A stretch of DNA of 60,082 nucleotides, filler included, from Bipalium vagum (lineage: Eukaryota): the NCBI GenBank assembly GCA_037834085.1. It is 3 parts of 3 records of this genome, joined end to end, with 100 filler letters (N's around TTAATTAATTAA, not from the genome) between each part and the next. Parts side by side here need not be neighbours in the genome. Positions count along the whole stretch, not along the records: positions 1 to 27,261 come from JBBMKC010098064.1; 2 more parts are not named here. One strand, 5' to 3'. The notes under the pieces are model-generated. The model did no database searches, was not told the DNA's origin, and saw only the letters and a list, made by a program, of their open reading frames with translations. Positions 11,894-23,400 of the stretch are shown here, one piece after another. Every line of letters starts with the position of its first letter. The stretch's first letter is position 1. The position numbers and the translations under genes are program-made.

Positions 11894-14800
11894 CTGAACA
11901 TATTTAACACATGAATATCTTATTAGATACATTTTGAATTGGAATTCAATTAATTAAGTCAATTAAGCTTGTTCACAAGAAATGAAATATGGACCTTAAG
12001 AAAATAAATCTTTTAAAATATTGGATTGGAAAGAAAACCGTATAAATTTTGTATAAATACAATTTTAACTTTAACTTAACTGTATTTTAAATCAATAATC
12101 ATTGTTTAAATAATATTTAAAAATAGCCGGTGAATTCAAAATTCAATCTCCGTTTCGTATTTCATTTGTCAGCTTAAGTATGGAAGATTGGAACAGGAAT
12201 TTGAAGTATATTTTACTTTTCTATTATTGAAAAGAAGACAATGCCTCACAAACTTGCAAAAAATGTGAAGTATAGTGTCTAGATGCATTAAAAAATTGAT
12301 TTAAAAAATTACGAAAGGATGATTTTTCACTCAAAAATAAGCAACAATGAAGCCATCCACTCGATGTCAATGACAACGAAATCTAAGACTTATTCAAAGG
12401 AGATCCTTAAAAAATTACGTGAAATTGCACATGCAACTATCGAAATCCACATCAAGCCAAGCACATGGGATATGTGGAAAAACTAGAATTATAGGTTCCT
12501 TACCAACTTAAAGAGTCACATTATGTAATGTTTTGAAATATGCGATTTTAGAGTCTCATGTCTTCGTTTTCTTTAAAAAATTCGACAATTACTTTGCCAA
12601 TTAAATAAAAAAAATTCGCAGTTTTGCTTTCACTCTTTCAAAAAAATATGATGAATTTTTTTAATGTCTATTAAAACAAAATATATAAATCAACATTTTC
12701 TCTATAATAATGCTCAAGGTTATAAAAAAATTATAAAGATAACGTAGAATTTTAACTCTATTCCAATGGACTGGAATTATGGTTATATTATAATTCCAAG
12801 GTGCAAAGTTTCTCTCATTAAGTCCATTGAGACGTTGATAGTCAGAAACTGTCACATTATCCTTTTTTGTTTGAATTCATAAGTCAAAATTTAACGTAAT
12901 ATTTATGAAAATAATTGAGTAGTTGGAAAGTGCTTTCCCATTATTTAATCAATCAATTATTTTACAATATTAAATTATAATATTATTTAATTATTGATGT
13001 AAAAATCGTTATTAAATTTATATTTATTTAATTAATATTTATTTAATGATTAATTTTAATATTTTTAAAATTAATTCATCAACATCAAAAAATTCAGTTT
13101 TAATATTATTTTCAATTTAATCCTTACTGTGGATTTTATTATATAAATATTAAAATAAACAATTTTTAATCTTCTGCAAATATTTACAACGGGCAAAATG
13201 AAAAATTTTTGGAAATTAAATCAACACAGCAATATAAATAAATAATTTAGGAAATGTTTTCATTTATAACAATACTTCATATTTATTGACATTGTTAAAT
13301 TAGTATTAATTACTAAATTATGGGAGTTTCCATATCTAAAGCAACGTGACCACCATTGTCATTGTTTGGGAAGTCAATTCGGCCTATTTTCATGCATGAA
13401 TATACAAACAATAATTGTCCAGCGGACCTTTACAAAGCACATATAATGGAGAATTTCACTCCCAAATTTTATTGTAATATAGTAACAGTAATTTCACTAC
13501 AATTTTAAAATAATTGGGCAATAAAAATCGTTCATGTTGATTTTATGGATATATTGTTTCTGAAACGTAGAAAAACGATATTTCAATTTCCATACCACGA
13601 AAATAAATTCCGTTTGAAATTCAATAGAATTTCGTCTAATAAAATGTCAAAAACAATTATGGAAAGAGAAATCATTCCATATCCTCTGCTAACAACATTC
13701 ACCATTTCATTCAGGCTTTGTTTTAATGGTAATAAATTAGTAATTGTTAGCACAAAATAATGAATAATGAGCTTTGCTTTCTGAAACCATGACGATTTGG
13801 TCTGCAAATCTGTGAAGACCAAACGAAATTGTCTGCAACAATAAATGGGGCCAGAAATAACGATTACTTTCAACATGCTATTGCAATTCTCCTACTTGAA
13901 ACCGATCGATCTTCACTGAGACGACTGGATAAGAATACCCTTATCTCAACAATAATTGTTTTAATCTTACCTCAATCTAAACACTGAAAAAGTCACTTTA
14001 CAGCGCAACAATGCTCTCATGGACTATAACAAAAAAATTTTCGTTGAAATTAGAGTTGGACGTTAAATCGATAATTTTTTTAAAGATGAATTTTTTTTCG
14101 GTAATATTTTTATCATTAAATATATAAATAAAATTTATTTAAATTACACAATTAATTTATTGTGTGACTAATTATTTTAAAATGAAAATTAATTTTAATA
14201 AAAAATTTCACGGATAAAAACAGATCGATAAATTTAATACAAAATAAAAAATATTTATTATTTTTTTGTTTTAATGAAAGTACATGTAACATATGAAAAT
14301 GATGTTGACAGCTTCAATAAAAAACGTTGAAAACAAAAACAAACATAAGCTCGATTTTATTATAAATATCAGAAATAACAGCTGTCTTAATACCAGCAGA
14401 TTTCTGAAAACACGTTCTTTTCATTAAAACAAAATATGTTTCCTGTATTTTTAACCATTTTCTGAAAAAAGCAATTACATTTTGAGGTTTCACAAAATTA
14501 AAAGATGCCAATATTTATATATAATGGAACCCATAAAATATTAATAAATAAAATCCAACGATGATGTTTTAATTTTAACTCTACGGTCCTTTTTGTTTTG
14601 ATAGTCAGTCGTGGAGAAATAAATTTATATAGTTATATTTTTAATATATAAAATTGAAGTTTGTTAAATTATATTTTTGACTCCACTTTCAATTTAAAAT
14701 CTCTTTAAATGTACCACCAAAGTTGAATGATAAATAAAAATTGTATTATTCTCCATTGGGTTTAACTAATAATATTAGTATGACATCAGTAAAACAAATC

Positions 14801-16253
14801 TTTCTTACCTCCAGATTTCAAAGAAACGTGCACAATTTTCATCACTAAATAACTAGATTTCGAAAGCACTGAACAAACGTAAGTTCCAGCGTCTGATTTT
14901 CCAATGTTTTCAACCTTTAAGGTGTTCTCGTAAAAAGAGGCCTCCTTGATATTTCCTTCATTATTTTTATGTTCAATATCCAATGATCCTTGTAGAAATT
15001 TGTAGTTATTTTCTTCCCATTTGACAAGTCCAGTTGCTTCATCCGCTTCTTTTTTATCAAGCCTCTTTCCCCACTTAATTCAAAAAATCCACAGGATAAA
15101 TACATTTAATAAAAAGATTATTGTCATTTTTTATTTTTTATTAATTTTTATATTTTGTTTTATTATATTACAAACCAAATTATATTTTTAACTTATGATT
15201 GTCATATTACCGACTTTAATGTAGTGAAGCACTAAAAAATAATAAAATATTTTGATCCGAACACCCTTTACTTTTTGATCGGACAGTAAGAGAATATCAA
15301 AATTTAGTTAAAATACCATTTAAACAAAATATTTTATTTTCTCAAATTTAATTGGTTAGTTCTTAATTACAATTTCTTATAGATTATTTATATTTAATTT
15401 ATAGATTATTTATATATTTTTATTTTATAGATTATTTAACGTATATGAATTTGAATAAAAATAAACAAATAAATAACCAAATAAAGTAAGAAAAATAATA
15501 ATCATAATCAATTAAACACTTTAATATAAAAAAGAACAAAACAGGAAAAAATTAAAGAATTAAAGCGCTCACTAATTATACAAAAAACTCGGAAAATTTA
15601 TTTCGTTTTAACTGGAAACAAAGTTTATTAGAGCTGTTGTAAAATTTCCTCGAAAATTTCTTAAACTCTTTTGGCATTGTACAACAAAATTTGACAGCCC
15701 CCCCACATTTGAAGGCAGAGCAGACATTAAAAAGTTAGACATAACAAAGGCAACTACTTATCTCTCAAGTGATAAGGCCTATTTTCACAAAAGATAAAAG
15801 ACGAGCCTGGTATTAATGGGAAATGAATATCGATGATGAATATTTTACTCAGTAAAATGAAATTTTTACTCAATAAATCTACTCCGAATCCCTGGCATTT
15901 GTTTCTTTGAAATGTTTCGCCCTACCAACGGTGGCCGTCGTTAATTCAATTGGGCAACGCAGTGATGCAGCTGCATTTGTTGTCTAATATTAATTATAAA
16001 ATAGATTATTTTGTTCAACTGTTAATGGATCCTGAGTGAAATATTGGCAATTTAATTAGTTCCTCCTAGCCAAGAAAAGTGACAAACTCTAAGATTTCCT
16101 ATACACAGATATATATAGTTATGATTTAATAAATTATTTTCCCAATATCCCAAACACTCTCCAATAATTGATTTCCATTTTTAAATAAAAATTTGTCACC
16201 TACGAGTTTCCGAGGGAAAAAATTATTTTTACTCAAATGTGTATAACAATAAT

Positions 16254-16293
<40 letters not shown>

Positions 16294-19200
16294 TTATATA
16301 CTTTTGGTTTCGTCAAAGAATTGAATGCTTTACAAGAAAATGTGTGAGTGCTTCCGAGAGTGACTGTAACGTTCTCTAACAGAGATCCTTCAATGACCGT
16401 CATGGACTTGACCTCTAGAACAACAGAAACGAGTTTTAAATCAGATTTCTTTTTAAAATAAATTGGTGAGTGTATTATTCTAAATAATATGAAATATTAT
16501 CATATGATTGTAATAATTATAATGTGACCCAAATTTTGTCCAAAAATATTCGATAACCACCCTTATTAGATACTAATCACTCTTTATGTCTTTATTATTA
16601 TTATTGTAAACGGTGACGATGGTGAAGACGAGGTAGCGGTGGTGATTTTATTTTCAAGGAATCTGGTTACTTAATAAAGCCTTTGAATAGTATGATGACA
16701 AATACCTTGCATATTAACAATGGGTTGGCCATATCCGATATCCGTCTGTGGCTGAATTCGAAATGGTTTGAGCCTATTTATGATAATATAAACAAAACAC
16801 GTTAGTAAAGAATCATTTCGTCCTGATTTTAGATATCAAAATAACATCAAGTCATAGTTGAAAAGTTCTTTTTTTCTACAGACGACTTGAAAATGATCCT
16901 TTATTAAGATACCCTTGAGTTTTTGATTTACAAAAGTTAATGAGAACAATCATCAAATCAATTCGCAATGATGATTATTGTGTAATTATTGTAAAATGTG
17001 TCACAAGTTAAGACCTCTCACCTTTAACTCTAAGACGGTAGTTTCGACTGAGTGTAACCGAAGGACTGGAAGCAGTGCAAATGTAAATTCCTTCCATATC
17101 TTTAGTAACTTTTTCAAACATCACAACTGAATTCCATGAAGACATGTCATTATAGTTGGAAGGTTCGATTTTTTCACCAATAAATAGCTTGTTGTTTATT
17201 GTTGTAGTTGGGGGATTTCTGTCCTTATTCATGCCCAATGGTAATGGCTGAAAAGAATCTGTGGTGGGAATTTTTCTCCAGCTGTAAGTGACGGGGGATT
17301 TTCCATTATCGGTTGTGTTCATAATAGTTCGACAGTCAAATATCACCTTTTTTCCTTCATCTATTTCATAGTAGAAATTGTTATCGGTACTGGAGACCAG
17401 AAAACATGGTCCTGAAAAAGAAGAAGTGGAATTGGAAACAAACACTCAATTTATAAATAAAAAATAAAGAGACAATATCAGTGTTTACAAAACGGTTCAT
17501 GTGGTACATAAGATACCAAGCGGTTGATATGGTTCTGAAGTACATGATATATACATGGATGCATTATTATGAAAAGCTGTTAATTCAGATTCCTACAAAA
17601 ATCAATTTTTATGAGTGATCAATTTAAAAACTCCATTAATGACCAATGGACTGAGTCTAGGAATAATATGCTGTTAAGTTTTAAATGAGTGATTTAATGA
17701 ATAACATTTATTATTTCATAAGCCACCAAAAAACCAAGAATTTTAAATTTTATTATTTATATTTGTCACATTTATAATATTTTATTAATGTTATCTTTCT
17801 TTTCATTCAATTTTAATTGGAAAATGAGACTAGAAATTTGGATGACCAAAAACATAAAATTCCCATTTATGTGATATGATTTTAAACAATGAGAGACTGT
17901 CACCTATCGCATACCTAACAAAATGTGATGTGCTTAGTGATATTGTAATTAGTAATAGTCAATGCAGTGGATAGTTTCAACGACACAAGTATGGAAATGT
18001 AGATCTAAAAGATGATCACGCTAAGCAAGAATGGAGTGATCGATATATGAAATATTTTCGGTCATTGTAAAACTTGGTAAGTTAAATTTGTTCATTTTCT
18101 GATCACAATTTTCAAAAAAGTAACATTGTAATTTTTCTTTTATGATTTTTCTTATTTTTGTTCAGTTATCGTTTGTCATTGTTCACTTCATCAATTTCAT
18201 TCTATCCGTTGTAATGAAAATATTTTCCTTTTTTATAATATCCAAAAATGAAAGTCGCGTATTTGTATTAGAGTAATCAATTTCTTTTATAAACAGATGA
18301 AAGGGAAAGTTCTCATTTATGTTTGGGTTGAATGTTTTCATTAACAATTGCGTCTCTTCTGTACAATGGTGTTCTATGAGACAAAGGATGAAACAAAATA
18401 TTCAGTAAAATAGAGCCCGAAAAATTCCGAAAATGCTTTGAAACGAATTATTATTCTTCATATTTAGAATAAAAGAATTCAGAAATTGAAAAGTCATCTG
18501 GCTTATAGTTTATTTGAAAGTAATTATCAAATTATCTATTATTAATTTATCATAAATAAAAGTATAATAACCAATTAAAATTAAATCAGTTTTTATTTTA
18601 TTATAAAATAAAAATTCACATTATTAATATTTAAAATAATTAAATAAAGTTTACATTAGTTTCATAAATAAATAGTAACAATTATAAAATAAAATATAAA
18701 AAATATAAATAAATTAATATATTTTTCAAAAATAAATAATAATATATTTTTTAAAAAATTAAATAAATTTATAATATATTTTTCAAAAATAAATGTTAAT
18801 AATTATAAAATATAAATAAATAATAAATATCAAATATAATTTGTCTCAAAAAATGAAGTATTTATTCATTTTTATAAAAGAAAAATTGAATAATCAGCTG
18901 GAAAATTGCGGGAGGAAATACTTCCTATATTAATATTATAAATATCTTTCTTTATTTTACAAGTACTATTAAAACACATTTATAATTATTGCTCGAAATC
19001 AGAAAAAGGCATGAAAATTAAAAAATATTTGTTAAGATGATACATTATAAAACAATAAAATCAAATAATGCAACTTCTTAATCCCAATAAAGAATAAATT
19101 CGATCGTTAATGTCAGCCCAAATACAAATAAAGAAGTTTAGTGAATAATGCCTTTTCAACTCTCAAATAAACGCTTTTTGGAAAAGAATTCTGAAAAAAA

Positions 19201-20455
19201 ATCTTCTCAATTATCTTCAAATGATATCACATTCATACTTTTTTAAAATAAATTTTCATTCTGATTGGATAAAAAGTTTGTTATAAACATTTCTAAAAAT
19301 TATAACTTTTTGTTCAAAAAATTAAATCATTTTTTTAATTAAAAAAATTAATATTTAGAAAAAACATTAAACAAATTAAGCATAAAGAGTTATAGTTTTA
19401 AGATTTTTTGAATAAAAGAAATTGTATTTTTGAAAATTTTTATCCAATAAAAATGAAGTTAAATTTATGAAAAAAATATAAAATGTGATATCATTGGGTA
19501 ATAAAATTGACTGAAGAGGATCTGAACTAAAAGATCGAAATATGTTTCAAAATTTTATTATAATGAATAAAGTTTATACTTTGAGAATTTCTTCAAAAAT
19601 AAATAAATAAAAATATAAAATTTCTGAAATAATATATTATATTTTGAGTTTTCTTAATAAAAATTGGCTTCAAAAAGGTATCTCAGTATGAAGAACAGAT
19701 CAAATCTTATATATAAAAACTGAATATTAATGCTATCATTAATATAGTAGAGCAAAAATCCCAGTTCTAAAATTTATAATTTCGTCCAGCTTCCCTTCAG
19801 ACTAACATTTTATCATCAATGTCGACCATAAATATTAATTGTAAATTATTATTTCTGGTTTACAGGAAATGATGGCCATCATGGGAATACTAATCTGGTC
19901 TGATATGAAAATTGAAATATGTATGACATAGTAACCAATGTCACATTATCATTCCTTTAGTTATCAACCACATTAGAATCGGATTTAAAAAAAGAAACGA
20001 GGAAAATAAAAGTGAAAAAGACAGGAAAGAATCACAATTTTTGGATAAGAGAATTTCAAAATTCCAGAAAATCCAGAATCAGAGATTACAAAAATTCACT
20101 TACCGGCCTTATTGGCTTTACAGTCTACATCAAAATGCTTCGAGTTGACATCTGAAGATTAAGAAAATTAGAAGGTTTAATATTATTATTATGTGGCTCA
20201 TACCAATGCCTTTGGTAATAAAGGTTGCTGTTCTCTTTCCGTATCCATTAACAGCTTCGCATTCGTAAATCTCTGGAATTGTATCGGAAGTGATTTTGAT
20301 CTGGTGAGTTTTTGACTCTGCCAGTGCATGGCTTGCACTCTTAAGATTGTTCCATTTATAAAAATCAACCTCCGTAAATGGGCATGTAAGATTGACTTTT
20401 TTATTGACCTCCATCAAGAAATATTGCTTGAGATCCCCAACTTGAACAGGTGGAC
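11103..20455 (-). CDS. FGFRL1: FGFR-like 1 / nou-darake (ndk/ndl) family receptor, 5'-partial; join(20455-20204,20151-20104,17411-17022,16414-16302,15073-14809,11893-11103), ~620 aa without the signal exon
   Basis: Six exons with AG/GT boundaries and consistent phases (1-1,1-1,1-1,1-0,0-1,1-stop). Three Ig domains (LTCP...YECEAVNGYG; FDCR...W...EGIYICTAS; ENVTVTLGSTHTFSCK...DAGTYVC), TM LYITGPIAVFIICFGTILFCLI then RRK, and a low-complexity tail with no kinase domain. Which ndk/ndl paralogue it is cannot be decided here. Confidence 0.85.
12019..12607 (+). mobile_element. internally deleted mariner in FGFRL intron, same family as 4110-4666
   Basis: Shares tttcgtatttcatttgtcagctta..atggaagat and atgggatatgtg..aaact with the 4.1-4.6 kb copy; right TIR caattactttgccaattaaata. 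Confidence 0.75.
13500..14000 (-). mobile_element. decayed Tc1/mariner-superfamily transposase fragment
   Basis: VISGPIY...SWFQK resembles IGPYFF...WFQQDG; boundaries approximate. Confidence 0.4.
14809..15073 (-). CDS. FGFRL1: FGFRL exon, Ig3 C-terminal half
   Basis: attaag|WGKRLDKK...NTLKVENIGKSDAGTYVCSVLS...VSLKSG G|gtaag. Confidence 0.85.
16254..16290. repeat. (TAA)n microsatellite
   Basis: About 12 perfect units next to an FGFRL splice donor. Confidence 0.9.
16302..16414 (-). CDS. FGFRL1: FGFRL exon, Ig3 N-terminal half
   Basis: gttctag|(E)VKSMTVIEGSLLENVTVTLGSTHTFSCKAFNSLTKPK|gtatat; resembles FGFR IgIIIa NxTVxxGxxxxFxCK. Confidence 0.8.
16667..16773 (-). CDS. putative alternative exon of the FGFRL gene, truncating after Ig2
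   Basis: TACTAAC branch point (16807-16801) 28 nt before taaatag acceptor; phase-1 frame GSNHFEFSHRRISDMANPLLICKVFVIILFKGFIK*; internal donor aag|gtattt at 16706/16705. Confidence 0.45.
17022..17411 (-). CDS. FGFRL1: FGFRL exon, Ig2
   Basis: tttttcag|...GPCFLV...VIFDCR...YSWRK...DMEGIYICTASS...YRLRVK G|gtgag; lies within ORF 17008-17445. Confidence 0.88.
19219..19496. mobile_element. AT-rich palindromic foldback/MITE
   Basis: aatgatatcacatt...ttggataaaaa at left versus tttttatccaa...aatgtgatatcatt at right; inner arms also pair (ataactttt/agagttat). Confidence 0.6.
20104..20151 (-). CDS. FGFRL1: FGFRL 48-nt linker exon (DVNSKHFDVDCKANKA)
   Basis: cttcag acceptor, gtaagt donor, phase 1-1, follows a 52-nt intron. 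Confidence 0.75.
20204..20455 (-). CDS. FGFRL1: FGFRL exon, Ig1
   Basis: tttag|GT CCA CCT...; (G)PPVQVGDLKQYFLMEVNKKVNLTCPF...YECEAVNGYGKRTATFITKGI G|gtatga; YxCxAxNGxG is FGFRL1 Ig1-like. Confidence 0.85.
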
Positions 20456-20717
20456 CTAAATTATTAATTGTTTTACTATTGAAGATAATTCATAATTGTA
20501 TTGAATTATTATTTAACACATTGTCGACAGCCAAGCCAATTATCATCTTCATTTGATTTTCACTTGAGCATTCGTTAGGAGGCCGAAATAAAAAATGTTT
20601 AAAATACATGGTTTATGTATAATAGTAATTTGAGAATCTAGAAGTTTTAATTTGTCTAAGTATAAAAAATTGATTATTTGTTTTTATATTGATAAAGGCA
20701 TTTTTATAGGTTTTAGA

Positions 20718-21045
20718 ATGTTAACAACAGAAGAAAGAAATTTTGTTTGTTTGGAATATCATAACAAATAATCAGTATTCCAGGAAAATCTTCTGAAATT
20801 CCAAGAATATCAGCAAAAGTCAATGTTGGGAAAATAAAGTCTTCCAAAAAATTAATTGGTCTCTACAATGTGAAATCAGAAAATTATTTACAGCTGTTCA
20901 AAGATTATTTTGTACGTACCCTTAAAAAGTCATAAAATTCTGAGAAATTCATTTTTTCAAAAAGATGGAGTGTGGCAGTACGTCAATTTCTCAATGAAAT
21001 ATTTCCTCAAATATGGATTGGGCGTGGAGGTTCAATTAGCTGGAT
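20718..21045 (+). mobile_element. deleted rosa/maT-like transposase remnant
   Basis: MLTTEERNFVCLEYH start; FFQKDG...VRQFLNEIFPQIWIGRGGSISW. Confidence 0.7.
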
Positions 21046-22339
21046 ATTATGAATTATGACAGAGAGGAACATTGTTCGTCCCAGACAGCCAACGTGTTAA
21101 TAATCACAAGATTTATGTTTAAACAAATTTCGAAACCAAAAAAATTAGGAAACCAGAACAGTATAAAGTAGTATAAAACTCCAGATAATTTAATTGAAAA
21201 GAATTGGGTTTGAATAAATTATGGCAGTAATAATAATATTATTTTAAGACTCCAAACCTCCCTATAGCTCTCCATCCAAATAAATAGTAAAACAGTATTC
21301 TAGGACTGGCTTATGAGAAGTATGCTATACTTTTCTTTGCTCCCGAGGGAATAAATGTAAATTATTTGTCTCTTAATTAAAGAGAAAAAAATATTAAATC
21401 GAGTCCCAAAGTTGATGTAAAAATTTAAATGTTCATTTTTTCTCAAAATTAAATTTGAGGTATAGACGGGAGGAGCTCATAATTTATGCATATTTTTATG
21501 AGATTATGCCCATTCCCCTTCGTTATCCCATAAGAAGCAATTATGAAAATATTGACAGTGAGAGGATCAGGAATTTTGTAATTATTCATAATTATTGACG
21601 AGCATTATAAATTTACTGCATGGTTTATCAGAATATAAAATATCCCAAAGAATATTTTTAAAATTATTACCAATTATTATTTTATAATCCAATAAATGTC
21701 TTTGGAATAGTTAGGAGTTTGTAAAAAAATTATAAAAAATGATGGCAAAAATATTTCTGCTGATAATTATCGCAGAAATTTAAATAATCGCGATAATTGA
21801 AAATATTAAATAAATGTAATTATGATTTTTCTCATTGGACTGAGTAAACTGTGGAAATCAATTTAATTTGGAAAAGAATAAATGAAGAAATAGTCAGTTG
21901 GCACTGTAAAATTAAAAAAAATCAATGAAATTATAATGGAAAATAAATTAATAATTCGAACGATTTTAATGTTTTCTCACCTTTTAATCTGTTCTTAAAA
22001 ATGTCAATTTTTCTTTAACTTGTGAAGTTAATGAAAAGTTCAAATGCCAATTTTTCATGAAAAAAAATAATTAAGCTCTGAATTGGTTTTAATATATATT
22101 TTAATATCAGAGCCGTTCATATGCATTTTTCGTTTTTTTCGAATTATCTTTGAGTGAGAAATAAAGAAACTGTGTTAAAGTAAATTTAAAAAATATTTCT
22201 AAGCTATGGCATGATGAAAAAATAATTAAAGTATGATTTTTTGCAGAATATTCAACGAATAATCTAAGAGCATCGAATAATACGAAATTCATTTTAAATA
22301 ATAATAATTATTATTGATTAATTTAGATTTTTTTATCTA

Positions 22340-22732
22340 AAGGATGCTTCATAAATATGTGTACGTCTTTAAAACAAAAATAATCAACTAATTTTTAACC
22401 GAATTTATTAATCTTTTTGTACAAAAACTATTCAAATCCAAAATGACTATTAATAAATTTTAGTAATAATATACATGTATTAAAGAAGTTCGGTTGGCAT
22501 TCATTGGACATCGATACATTTCTGTAATCTTGACAATACAGATCTGTTAACTTTCTAACAAAGATCTACTGGAATCAGGATGATTTTTCCATAACGTTTT
22601 CGAAATCATTGGAACAATATAAATATTTTTCTAATGATATATCACAATAATATAAAAAATGAATCATGATCATTGACAAATTGATTAATTTTTATTTGTT
22701 TAATCGCGTATACTTTTTTATGAAACACCCTG
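22340..22732. mobile_element. Tc1/mariner-derived MITE
   Basis: Right end atgaaacaccctg-TA; degenerate left end aaaggatgcttcataaa. Confidence 0.5.
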
Positions 22733-23199
22733 TATGATGATTATCATTTTTAAAACAGAATTTTTTGTTCAAATGAAAAAAAAGTCATAAAGAACATCGA
22801 ATCTCGTGAAAACCGTTTTTCACAATAAATTCAATATTAATGAGAAATAATATTGGAAAAATTAATGATATTTAATACAAGTGGAAATTTCAATATTTTT
22901 TTTAAAAATAAATAAAAATTAACATTCTCAAGATGAAAAATTTATAACAATAAAACAACGAATCATTTCCATAAAAAAATTTAAGAGAATTAATTTTTAT
23001 TTGAGAAATATTATTATTAATAATAATAAATGCAGACTTTTATTGACAATTTTAATAAAAGCTGAAATAACAATTATTTCTGCTGAAATGGCTGTTGTCT
23101 TTATAACGAAAATGCTAATCAACAGTCTAGCATTTAATTCCAGACAAAAGCAAATGGGAGATTAAAGAATTAAGGGTAAAAATCGCTAATTCCACACTT

Positions 23200-23400
23200 G
23201 GTGATGTAATTAAAACACCATTGAAATTTACAATCAACGAAGCGCGTTCAAAGCAGCGAATTGGGAAATCGGTCACTGTCACGGCTCATTCATTGTGAGT
23301 CACAGAATTAAGCTGGTCGCCCAGCGCTTTGGCTGTGACTTATCCGTGGCTTTCCAGTGGGGCGTAGCGTCAAATGCCCCCAATGCATTTAATCTAAAGT
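23200..23400. promoter_or_regulatory. candidate enhancer 5' of the FGFRL Ig1 exon
   Basis: GC/CpG-enriched non-coding block; TTCAAAG 23247, CATTGT 23291, TGAGTCA 23296. Confidence 0.35.
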
